From: an uncultured delta proteobacterium
GTDB taxonomy: Bacteria; Myxococcota_A; Polyangia; Fen-1088
Assembly (NCBI GenBank): GCA_963796685.1
Contig: CAWCMR010000025.1
Span: forward strand, 1,312,001 to 1,376,000
Direction: 5' to 3'
Length of the DNA: 64,000 bases
A program made the position numbers and the translations under genes. Positions 25,420 through 35,377 of this stretch are shown piece by piece. How positions within the stretch are numbered: the stretch's first letter is position 1; each line of letters opens with the position of its first letter. The notes beneath the pieces were generated by a model. That model worked only from the letters and a program-made list of their open reading frames with translations, made no database searches and was not told where the DNA came from.

Positions 25420-26238
25420 GTGACTCTCCTCGAAGACGGCAAGACCTTGGGCGTAATCGGCTGCGGCACGATGGGCGAAGCCATCGTGCGCGGCATTCTC
25501 CATTCGGGCAACCTGGCACCCGCGCAGATCTTCGCCTGCGACGCACGCGCCGAGGTGGCCCGCGACCTGGCAGCCAAGCACGGTATTCGCACGAGAACCG
25601 ACAACCTGGCGGTGGCCAAGGCTTGCGACGTGGCGCTGGTCTGCGTGAAACCCTACCAAATGGGCGCCGTCCTCGACAGCGATGCCATGCGCTCGGCCCT
25701 GGCGGGCAAGTTGGTGATCAGCATCGCGGCTGGCGTCCGCCTGGAGAAGCTGTGCGGCTTTCTACCCGGCAGCGCCGTGATTCGCGCCATGCCCAACGTG
25801 TCCGCCCTCATCGGCGAAGGCATGGCCGGGCTTGCGCGCAGCAAGGGCACGAACGACCAGCAGATGTCCCTGGCGCTGGCGCTCTTCGCCTCGGTTGGCA
25901 AGGCCCAGGAGGTCGACGAGGCCCACATGGACATCGTGACCGCCGTGGCGGGCAGCGGGCCGGCTTTCGTGTTCGTGATGATCGACGCCCTGGCCGACGG
26001 GGCCGTGCGCCTCGGCTTGCGCCGCGACGCCGCGGTGGCCATGGCCGCCCAGATGGTGCAGGGCGCTGCGCGTATGGTCGTGCAGACCGGCACGCATCCG
26101 GCCGTGCTCAAGGATCAAGTGACGACGCCCGGGGGTTGCACCATCGCCGGCCTCGGCGTGATGGAGGACGGCAAGATCCGCTCGGTCCTGGCGCGCACCA
26201 TCGAGGAAACCGCGCGCGTGGCGGGCAAGCTCGGGTGA
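25420..26238 (+). CDS. proC: Pyrroline-5-carboxylate reductase
   Basis: GCGTMG, VKP, ISIAAG, RAMPN, GSGPAF, VTTPGGCTIAG. Confidence 0.95.
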   Translation: MTLLEDGKTLGVIGCGTMGEAIVRGILHSGNLAPAQIFACDARAEVARDLAAKHGIRTRTDNLAVAKACDVALVCVKPYQMGAVLDSDAMRSALAGKLVISIAAGVRLEKLCGFLPGSAVIRAMPNVSALIGEGMAGLARSKGTNDQQMSLALALFASVGKAQEVDEAHMDIVTAVAGSGPAFVFVMIDALADGAVRLGLRRDAAVAMAAQMVQGAARMVVQTGTHPAVLKDQVTTPGGCTIAGLGVMEDGKIRSVLARTIEETARVAGKLG

Positions 26239-26282
26239 GGAGAACCCGAATCCACCGGCGCCTGGAGGCCATCTAATGGATC

Positions 26283-27155
26283 ATGACGCTTCGACCTATC
26301 GAGCAGATCATCCGGCCTCAGCCCACGGTTGAAGGAGCGGGCGTACACCTCATCCGCAGCATCGGCACGGGCCAACTGACCAACCTCGATCCGTTTCTGC
26401 TGCTCGACCACTTCGAGTCGTCGGCGCCTTCGGACTACCGGGCCGGCTTTCCCTTTCACCCCCACCGCGGCATCGAAACCGTGACCATTCTGCGCACCGG
26501 GCAAGTCCGGCACGGCGATTCGCTGGGACACAAGGGCACCATCGACGGCGGCGACATCCAATGGATGACCTCGGGCAGTGGCATCCTTCACGAGGAAATG
26601 CCGGTCGTGCGGCCCGAGGGCATTTCGGGCCTGCAGCTGTGGCTCAACCTGCCCGCCCGGGAAAAGATGACCCGGCCGAAGTACCGCGATCTGCGCGCCG
26701 ACAAGTTGGAAGAACGAGCCACCGACGATGGCGCAAAAATTCGAGTCATCGCGGGCGAGGCCGACGGCGGCCGCAGCAAAGGCCCGGTGGAGGGGCTTTC
26801 GGTGGCGCCGAAGTTCATCGACGTGAATCTGCCCGCGGGCGCGGTTTTTCGCGAAGAGGTGCCGGCGGGCCACACCGCGTTCGCCTACCTTGATCGCGGC
26901 AAGGTGGATTTCGGCACGGGCGCCGACGTGCAGTCCGTCGAGGGGCCAGCCCTGGTGGTGTTCGGCGAGGGCGATTTCATTCGCGCCCGGGGCGGGTCGA
27001 AGGGCGGGCGATTTCTGCTCGCCGCTGCCCGTCCGCTCGGCGAGCCCATCGCGCGCTACGGACCGTTCGTGATGAACACGCGCGAAGAGATCGAGCAAAC
27101 GCTGGACGAATTGCGTAGCGGAAAGTTCATCCGCGAGGAAGCCACCGACGCGTGA
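26283..27155 (+). CDS. Pirin family protein
   Basis: DPFLLLDH, FPFHPHRGIETVT, QWMTSGSGILHEE, QLWLNLP, YGPFVMNT. Confidence 0.95.
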   Translation: MTLRPIEQIIRPQPTVEGAGVHLIRSIGTGQLTNLDPFLLLDHFESSAPSDYRAGFPFHPHRGIETVTILRTGQVRHGDSLGHKGTIDGGDIQWMTSGSGILHEEMPVVRPEGISGLQLWLNLPAREKMTRPKYRDLRADKLEERATDDGAKIRVIAGEADGGRSKGPVEGLSVAPKFIDVNLPAGAVFREEVPAGHTAFAYLDRGKVDFGTGADVQSVEGPALVVFGEGDFIRARGGSKGGRFLLAAARPLGEPIARYGPFVMNTREEIEQTLDELRSGKFIREEATDA

Positions 27156-27728
27156 AACGGCCGAGGTGCGGTACGGTAGCGAAACGATGGATTGCCCTGC
27201 TCGTGCTCGCGCTCCCAGCATGCAAACCCGGTATATCCCCCTCGCCGGTCCGGGAATCGTCGCCGGCTCGCACTGAAGAGACGGCCGCACCTCTTCACGC
27301 GCGGGGAGCATCGGCCGCGATGCGTGACAAGAACGAGATCTTCCCCGAGGCCGCGCCGCCGTACGTGGCCGCGGGGCCCATTCAGCACGGTCCGGGCTAC
27401 GTGCGTCGCACCTACACCTCAGGCGAAAAGAGGGTGGAGATCACCATCGCGACCACGGGCCGGGAGCCAGGCGCGTTCGAGCGCTGGGTGGCGGGCTCGG
27501 CGAGCTACCCACAAGCCCCGCTCGCGCTGCCAGCGTCCCAGGCCAATGGCTTCTTCACCTGCGCCTCCGAGCGCGCCAATGCCCCCTGCGACCTGCACAT
27601 CCAGCTTCGTTCGGGGTTTCACATCGAAGCCATGGGCAACGGCCGCGTCCCGCGCGCCGACTTGCTCGAGCTTCTCCGCCCATGTCCCCCTGGGCGCCCT
27701 GTCGGATGCGACCTTCGCCAAGCTATAG
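27152..27728 (+). CDS. Hypothetical lipoprotein; probable frameshift near 27676 artificially fuses it to the next gene
   Basis: Lipobox LPAC; GTGA overlap with pirin stop; the +1 frame continues AHVPLGALSDATFAKL* to 27728. Confidence 0.55.
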
Positions 27729-27799
27729 CGTCCCACAAGTCTTCCTTCTTTCTGTTTCCGCGCGCCAGCGTGTCTCTCTTAGCGGAAGGAGAGACCACC

Positions 27800-28795
27800 A
27801 TGACACGTTTCGTTGCCTACACTGCCTTGTTCTCTACCCTGACCGTTGGGCTATTCGCCTGCCAACCCAAGGACGAGCCGGGCTCGGAGTTCGCCACCGG
27901 GGTACCACGCGCAAGCACGGTGGCCATGGCCGTCCCCGGCTCGGACAACAAGGCCCTGACGGTCGAGGGAAGCAACTACGCCCTCATGGGGCAACTCGCC
28001 GACTGGTACGTCACCACCCGCGCCGTCACCGTGACGGTCAATGCCGGCGCCCTGGCGGTGGGCTTGCTGGTCAAGTTGGTGACCAACAACCCGGCAACGA
28101 GCGTCACCTTGAATGCGGCAGTGTGGGGTCCCTGGCAATCTCCTCTCGATCCCATCGAATGGAAGGTCACGATCACGCGTACCGCGTCGCACCAGTATGC
28201 GTACATGTTCCAAGGACGCGACAAGCACGACCAGACCGCGCCGTTCGTCACCGTGCTCTCGGGAACGCACGCGCCCGGTCTCGATGCGCAGGGCAACGAA
28301 ATGGAAGGCTTTGGCGCGGGAAGCTTCACGCTCGATTGGGACGCGCGCGCCACGTTGCCCCAACCGGACAGCAACGTGGGTACCGCTAACTACACCTATG
28401 ACCACATGAGTCCCGACGCCGTGGTCAATATCGCGGCCAAGTTCCGCCAGGTCAAAGACGACAATCAACCTGGCAAGCTGGTCGATGTAGACTATGCCTT
28501 CGTTCAGAATCCTGGCGCGGATGGCAGCATGGATTTCCTCTACGACGTTCCCGCGAACGCGACGTCTGCCGGCGGCCTCGGCAAGGTGCACAGCCGGTGG
28601 CTGTGGAGCGGCGCCGGACGCTCGGATGTCAGCGTCACCACCACGGACAGCGCGCTGACCTACACCCTGAGCGAGTGCTGGGACACGAATTACCTCAGCG
28701 TCTACAAGTCGGTTCCCATTTCGACCAGCGCGACGGACAATTACGGCAGCGTCTCGAGCTGCGTGTTCCAGGACGCGCAATTCTCGAACCTTTGA
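27800..28795 (+). CDS. Lipoprotein A of ECF-caspase module (unknown function)
   Basis: RBS GAAGGAGA, ATG 27800, lipobox LFAC; paralogous to 31725-32657. Confidence 0.8.
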   Translation: MTRFVAYTALFSTLTVGLFACQPKDEPGSEFATGVPRASTVAMAVPGSDNKALTVEGSNYALMGQLADWYVTTRAVTVTVNAGALAVGLLVKLVTNNPATSVTLNAAVWGPWQSPLDPIEWKVTITRTASHQYAYMFQGRDKHDQTAPFVTVLSGTHAPGLDAQGNEMEGFGAGSFTLDWDARATLPQPDSNVGTANYTYDHMSPDAVVNIAAKFRQVKDDNQPGKLVDVDYAFVQNPGADGSMDFLYDVPANATSAGGLGKVHSRWLWSGAGRSDVSVTTTDSALTYTLSECWDTNYLSVYKSVPISTSATDNYGSVSSCVFQDAQFSNL

Positions 28796-28797
28796 TC

Positions 28798-29346
28798 ATG
28801 AGCGGCCGCCAGACCCCGACGTTTCAGATCATCCCGGGCGAAAAGGGCCTGGCGGCCTCGGATGCGCGCGAGCAGCTGCGCGAGCTTTACACACGATACG
28901 GCGCCAGTGTTTTCGGGCGCTGTGCCTACATTCTCAAGGATCGCAGCAAGGCCGAGGATGCCATGCAAGACGTATTCGCCAAGGCCCTCACCCACTACGC
29001 GGGCTTTCGCTCGGAATCCTCGCCTCTCACCTGGCTTATCAAGATCGCCACCCACCACTGTCTCAACATCCTGCGCGCCGATCGCGCCGCCTGGCACGAA
29101 CGTTTCGAGCGCGAGACCCGCGCGCGCAACGCCAGCGAGCCCGGCCCGCAGGTTTTCGAGATGCGCGAGCTGGTGGCCAAGATGCTGTCCCTCGTCGACC
29201 AAGAGACCCAGGCCGTGGCCATCCACTACCACGTCGACGAAATGACCCTGGAGGAGGTCGCCGCGCTCCTCGGGCGGTCGGTGCCGACGGTGCGCAAGCG
29301 CCTGGGCGAGTTTGCCGCGGCCTGCGGCAGGGAGTTTTCGCCATGA
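28798..29346 (+). CDS. ECF RNA polymerase sigma factor
   Basis: Region 2 AEDAMQDVF...LTWLIKIATHHCLN; region 4 MTLEEVAALLGRSVPTVRKRL. Confidence 0.92.
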   Translation: MSGRQTPTFQIIPGEKGLAASDAREQLRELYTRYGASVFGRCAYILKDRSKAEDAMQDVFAKALTHYAGFRSESSPLTWLIKIATHHCLNILRADRAAWHERFERETRARNASEPGPQVFEMRELVAKMLSLVDQETQAVAIHYHVDEMTLEEVAALLGRSVPTVRKRLGEFAAACGREFSP

Positions 29347-30137
29347 CCCTGGTCGAGAATCACGAGACGCCGTCGAGTCACCTGGCCGAGCTGGCCCTGC
29401 GCTGCTACCGCGCGGGCGAGTTTCCGCCCGAAGCCTGCGCCGAGATGGAGCGTCACCTCGCGAGCTGCCCCGCCTGCCGGGCCAAGATGCGCGTGCTGGT
29501 CGAAGAGCAGCGTGCGTTCGAGCGCGAGATCCCGTTCGAGCGCTTCGCCGGCGGTGTGGAGCGCGCCCAGCGCGTGCCGCGGCAGCGTCCGCGACGGGCG
29601 TGGGCTTTCGGACTTTCCGGGGTGCTGGCCGCCGCAGCGGTGGCCTTGTTCCTCGTGCGCGTGTCCTCGCCCGGGAACCATCAACACAACCGCAGCAAGG
29701 GCAGCGCCGTGGAGGCCACGGCACGCATCGCCTCGACGGGAAATTCATCGCAGCGGATCTCCCCGCCCGGATCGCAAGAGGTGCTGGACCCGGGCGACCG
29801 GGTTCGTCTCGGCTACAAGACCGCGGACCCGCGCTACCTGGCGGCCGTCTCCGTCGACGACAGCGGTGAGGTGACCCCGCTCTATCCCGAACGAGGTCCG
29901 GCTCTCCCGGTGCCCGCCACTCTAGAAACTGTCTACTTGCCCGACAGCCTGGAGTTCACGGGCGCGGGCCGCGAACGGGTCTTCCTCTTCCTGGCGCGAA
30001 CGCCCTTCGACCTCGAGGCCGCCGAGCAGGCCGTGCGGTCCGCGCACCAGGCGGCCAAGGGCGATCTCTCGGCCCTGCCGAATCCCGCCTTCGCTGGCGG
30101 ACAAGACGTCTTCTCCTGGCTGTTTCGCAAGCCATGA
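29343..30137 (+). CDS. Zinc-finger (zf-HC2) transmembrane anti-sigma factor with periplasmic DUF4384-like domain
   Basis: HLASCPAC (HxxxCxxC); TM AWAFGLSGVLAAAAVALFLV; LDPGDRVRL...VDDSGEVTPLYP; ATGA overlap with sigma. Confidence 0.8.
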   Translation: MTLVENHETPSSHLAELALRCYRAGEFPPEACAEMERHLASCPACRAKMRVLVEEQRAFEREIPFERFAGGVERAQRVPRQRPRRAWAFGLSGVLAAAAVALFLVRVSSPGNHQHNRSKGSAVEATARIASTGNSSQRISPPGSQEVLDPGDRVRLGYKTADPRYLAAVSVDDSGEVTPLYPERGPALPVPATLETVYLPDSLEFTGAGRERVFLFLARTPFDLEAAEQAVRSAHQAAKGDLSALPNPAFAGGQDVFSWLFRKP

Positions 30138-31735
30138 CCACCCTGCGAGCCATCGCGCGGGCCGGGCCGGTGTTGGCGCTACTGCTTTGCGCGGCGCCGA
30201 CGCAGGCCGCGGGTCAGCACCGATTCGCGCTCATCGCGGGCAACGACGAAGGCGGCAGCGACACCCGTCCTTTGCGCTTTGCCGCCGAGGACGCGCGCAA
30301 GGTGTACGCCGTGCTCACGCAGCTCGGGGGCGTGGCATCGGGCGATGTCACCATGATCCTCAACCAGTCGGCGGGTGAATTTTGGCGCGCCCTTGGCGAC
30401 CTCGAGGGGCGCATGGCCCAGGCCAAGCAGCGCGGCGAGCGGGCACTTTTCATCCTCTACTATTCGGGCCACGCCAAGGACGGCGAGCTGCGCCTGGGCG
30501 ACTCGCGCATTCGGCTCGATCAATTGAAGGCGCGCTTGTCGGCGGCGCCGGCCGACATCCGCATCGGCGTGTTCGATTCGTGCCACTCGGGCATGGTGAC
30601 CCGCACCAAGGGCGCGCGCCACGCGCCGGCGTTCCAGATCGAAGCCGCGGGCTCGGAAGAAACCCGCGGCCTGGTGCTACTGTCCTCGTCCAGCGCCGAC
30701 GAGGACGCGCAAGAATCGGATGAGATTGGCGGCAGCTACTTTTCCCACTACCTGGTCAGCGGTTTGCGCGGCGATGCCGATCGCTCGCGCGACCGCCGCG
30801 TGACCCTGTCCGAGGCCTATGCCTACGCCTACGCGCGCACGGTGGCGGACACGGCTGAAAGCGCCGCTGGCGCCCAACACCCGACCTTCAGCTACGACTT
30901 CCAGGGCAACGCCGATCTGGTGCTGACCGATTTCGCCAGCCGGCGCGAGGGCATCTACGTCCCCGGCACGGCGCCCGCGGGGATCTACTACATCGTGGAT
31001 GGCAATGGCTTCATCGCGGCCGAGATTCAAAAAGCTGCCGACGGCGATCGACAGATCGCCTTGCCCGCCGGCCGCTACCACGTCCGCCGCCGGCTCGCCG
31101 ATCGCCTGCGCATCGGCGAGATCCAGATCGCCTCGGGTCAGCTCGCCACCCTCGACGAATCCCGGCTGCGCGACGCCCCCTTCTCCGACGACCCGGTGAA
31201 GGGCGCGATTCGCGACGAGGGCGCGCATTTGAGCCTCAGCCTGGGCGGCATGATGCAGTCGTTCTTCGATGGACCCACGCGCGACAGTCTCTTCCCACCC
31301 ACTGGCATGGTGGGCGTGGAGCTCGAGGTGCGCGATTTCTTCCGCCACGGCTTCATCTGGGGACTCGACGTGGCCAGCGGCGGCGCGCACGGCCAGGTCG
31401 ATCGCTATGGCTCGCTCTTGCCCTTCCGTTTCAGCGAGGTCACGGCGGGAACCACGCTGGCCGCGGAGTGGCGTTTTCACTTCGGCGACGTCGGCGTGTT
31501 CGCGGGCCTGCGCCTGGCGGTCGTGCTCATGAGCCGCAAATTCGACGATCCCGCCATTCCCGATCAGTTCTTCGCCACCTTCACGCCGGGCCTGGTCGGA
31601 GGTTTCCGCTATCGTCTGTCACGAAGCTTTGCCCTGCTGACACGCGGCCGTGTCCATTACTTGCTTTACAACGTCGACGAAGACCGCTCCCTCGGTTATT
31701 GGGAGCTTTCCGCGGGGGTTGCCTATGATTTCTGA
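30134..31735 (+). CDS. Exported caspase-family (peptidase C14) protein with C-terminal beta-barrel
   Basis: Signal peptide; RFALIAGN, LRFAAEDA, YYSGH (catalytic His), DSCHSG (catalytic Cys); C-terminus SAGVAYDF resembles a beta-signal. Confidence 0.85.
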   Translation: MTTLRAIARAGPVLALLLCAAPTQAAGQHRFALIAGNDEGGSDTRPLRFAAEDARKVYAVLTQLGGVASGDVTMILNQSAGEFWRALGDLEGRMAQAKQRGERALFILYYSGHAKDGELRLGDSRIRLDQLKARLSAAPADIRIGVFDSCHSGMVTRTKGARHAPAFQIEAAGSEETRGLVLLSSSSADEDAQESDEIGGSYFSHYLVSGLRGDADRSRDRRVTLSEAYAYAYARTVADTAESAAGAQHPTFSYDFQGNADLVLTDFASRREGIYVPGTAPAGIYYIVDGNGFIAAEIQKAADGDRQIALPAGRYHVRRRLADRLRIGEIQIASGQLATLDESRLRDAPFSDDPVKGAIRDEGAHLSLSLGGMMQSFFDGPTRDSLFPPTGMVGVELEVRDFFRHGFIWGLDVASGGAHGQVDRYGSLLPFRFSEVTAGTTLAAEWRFHFGDVGVFAGLRLAVVLMSRKFDDPAIPDQFFATFTPGLVGGFRYRLSRSFALLTRGRVHYLLYNVDEDRSLGYWELSAGVAYDF

Positions 31736-32657
31736 ACGTCTCGGTCCATGGTCGCTGGTCCTGCTCGCCGCCATTGGCGCGAGCGCCTGCGGAAACTATT
31801 CCAACGAGGATCTCGATTTTCAGCTCGCCCTGCCCGAGCAAAGCGACATCGAAGCCAAGATGCAACTATCGGTCACGCGTGCGGACTCGGCCGAGTACTA
31901 CCTTGCGACCCGCGGCGCGATTGCCACCTTCAACACCATGGTCGCGGATCTGGTCGGCCTCATCGAGGTGGTTCGCGGCACCACGCCGACCTCGCGCCAG
32001 GGTGACCAACGCACGTGGGGGCCGTTCCCGAGCGACAAGTATCCCGACTGGGAGATCCGCGTGGTCATGCAGCGGTCGACGGTTTCCTCGACGCTGCTGA
32101 AGATGGACTACTGGGTAGAGCTACGACCGGTCGGCCAGGGCGATTCGGCCTGGGTCGATTTTCTGACCGGCACGTACACCTCTGGCGGTAGCGCACGCAC
32201 GGGCACGGGCGACATCCAATTGCTTGCCAGCACGGCCCGCGCAGCGGGCTACCCCGTCGACGACGATGCCGGGCTCCGCGATCTCGACCACCTCGACGTC
32301 ACCTACGACAACGTCGCCTATCCGACCAGTGTGATCATGGACATCGTGAATGTGGCAACAGCCACGACGCGAACCAGGCACTATGAGTACTATCAGAATC
32401 AGGACGGGTCGGGCCGCATGCTCTTCAACTGGCAGGGCACGACCGACACCGGCGTGTCGATCACCGCGGCCATGACTTCGCAATGGCTGGGCTCGGGAGC
32501 AGGCCGCGCCGATCTGACCGCCGCTCTCACGCCCAACCTTCCCAATCAGTCCACCACCCTCGGCACCGACTGCTGGGGCGTCGACACCGTGGCCACCTAT
32601 TCCTATCGCTTGCAAGGCGACACGACGACCGGCTCGCCCGCATCCTGTTTGTTCTAG
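31725..32657 (+). CDS. Lipoprotein B of ECF-caspase module (unknown function)
   Basis: Lipobox ASAC; overlaps caspase stop; paralog of lipoprotein A. Confidence 0.8.
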   Translation: MISERLGPWSLVLLAAIGASACGNYSNEDLDFQLALPEQSDIEAKMQLSVTRADSAEYYLATRGAIATFNTMVADLVGLIEVVRGTTPTSRQGDQRTWGPFPSDKYPDWEIRVVMQRSTVSSTLLKMDYWVELRPVGQGDSAWVDFLTGTYTSGGSARTGTGDIQLLASTARAAGYPVDDDAGLRDLDHLDVTYDNVAYPTSVIMDIVNVATATTRTRHYEYYQNQDGSGRMLFNWQGTTDTGVSITAAMTSQWLGSGAGRADLTAALTPNLPNQSTTLGTDCWGVDTVATYSYRLQGDTTTGSPASCLF

Positions 32658-33475
32658 CGCGACTGACAATTGGCGCAGAAGAACGTCGAACGCCCGGAAT
32701 CCACCCTGCGGCGCACGCGACCGGCGCAGACGGTGCACGCCTCGTCTTCCCGTCCATAAACGAGCAAGGCCTCGACGTTCTTTCCCGGCGCGCCTGTGGC
32801 ATCCACGAAGTCGCGAAACGAGGTGCCGCAATTGGCGATGCCGATTTCCAGGGTTTCGCGAATGGCGCGCAGCAAGACCCCAGCCTTGTCGCGCAGTCGG
32901 CGAGCTTGCGTGCGCGGATGGATGCGGGCTCGAAAGAGCGCTTCGCACACGTAGATGTTGCCGAGGCCGGCCAGGCGATGCTGGTCGAGGAGGAACGCCT
33001 TGATGGGCGCGCGTGAGGTCGCGAGCATGGCGTGAAGCTCGTCACCATCGAGCTCGGCGAGCGGATCCAGCCCGAGCGCCCGCATTTCCGGAAGGCGGTC
33101 GAGATCCGTCGCTGCTTGTACCCAGCCGAAACGGCGCGAATCCACGAAGCGCAATTCGCGGCGTTGCGGAAGCGTCCACACCACGTGCGTGTGCTTGGTC
33201 CGTTGCACGCGCTCTTCCGCGACGGTCAACCGTCCGGTCATCCCCAGGTGGACCAGCACCCCACTGTCCGAATCCAGGTCGATGAGGATGTACTTGCCCT
33301 TCCGGCGAACAGCGCGGATGGTCGCGCCGACGCTGGCTTTTCGCAGTCTGCTCTTGTCCAGCTCCCGCGCCATGCGCAGCGCTTGACCACTGGTCCACAG
33401 CGAGCGGATGGTTTGACCCACGATCTGCGGTCGCAAGGTACGAACCACGGTCTCGACTTCGGGAAGCTCAGGCAT
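32654..33475 (-). CDS. mutM: Formamidopyrimidine-DNA glycosylase
   Basis: MPELPEVE, HLGMTG, GLGNIY, C-terminal zinc finger CTVC...CANCQ. Confidence 0.96.
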   Translation of the reverse strand: MPELPEVETVVRTLRPQIVGQTIRSLWTSGQALRMARELDKSRLRKASVGATIRAVRRKGKYILIDLDSDSGVLVHLGMTGRLTVAEERVQRTKHTHVVWTLPQRRELRFVDSRRFGWVQAATDLDRLPEMRALGLDPLAELDGDELHAMLATSRAPIKAFLLDQHRLAGLGNIYVCEALFRARIHPRTQARRLRDKAGVLLRAIRETLEIGIANCGTSFRDFVDATGAPGKNVEALLVYGREDEACTVCAGRVRRRVDSGRSTFFCANCQSR

Positions 33476-34339
33476 GTTCCTCGGCCAAAGCATTCGCCAA
33501 ACGGGCGAAGTCCGCCACCGCAAGCTCCTCGGCCCGGCGCGTTCCAGCGATGCCGGCGGACGCAAGCGCTGCGGCTGCGCGGGCGCCACCGAAGCCCGGT
33601 TCGAGGGCGCGGCGAAGCATCTTGCGCCGGGCGCCGAACGCCTCGCGCACGAGGCGCGCGAAGAGGTCGGCGTCGTCGACAGCAGCCAGCGGCTGTGCGC
33701 GTGGCCGCAGGCGTAGCACCGTCGAGGTCACCGCCGGCGGTGGCAGGAACGCACCCGCCCCCACGTGGAACAGGATCTCCGCGTCCGCCGCCTGCTGGAC
33801 CATCACCGAGAGCCGGCCATAGGTGCGGCTGCCCGGCGGCGCCAGCATTCGCTGTGCGAATTCCTTTTGCACCATGAAGATGGCGCGATCCACCACCCGG
33901 CCCGCGGCGGCGGCCTCGATGGTCGCGAAGAGGACCGGCGAGGTGACGACGTAAGGCAAGTTGCCCACCACGACCAGCGGGCGACCCGCCTTGCGCGCGA
34001 CTTCGCCCAGATCGAGCTCCAACGCATCCCCGAGCACGATCTCGAGGTTGGGTCGGTCCGCCAGCTCGCCACGCAGCACTTCCACGAGGCGGGCGTCGCG
34101 GTCGATGGCGATGACCTTGCTCGCGACGTCGGCGAGGCGGGCGGTGAGCGCCCCCAGCCCGGCACCGATCTCGAGCACCACGTCCGCGGTCTGGAGCTGG
34201 GCCGCGGCCACGATGCGCTCCTGCACGCGTGGGTCGACGAGGAAATTCTGCCCCAGGGACTTCTTGGGCAAAAGGCCGTGGCGCCCGAGCAGCTCGCGCG
34301 CCGTGGCCAGCGGAGAGCGCGCCGCTTTCGAGGCGTCGC

Positions 34340-34343
<4 letters not shown>
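33468..34343 (-). CDS. rsmA: 16S rRNA adenine dimethyltransferase KsgA
   Basis: KSLGQNFL, LEIGAGLGALT, VGNLPY, MVQKE, YGRLSV. Confidence 0.95.
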
Positions 34344-35353
<1,010 letters not shown>

Positions 35354-35377
35354 GCGCGGAGCACCGTCGTAGCGCGG

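Noticed and set aside
27152-28795. 547-aa ORF as a single protein
   Set aside because: An internal RBS, ATG and second lipoprotein signal at 27800, plus an alternative-frame stop at 27728, indicate two genes joined by an indel.
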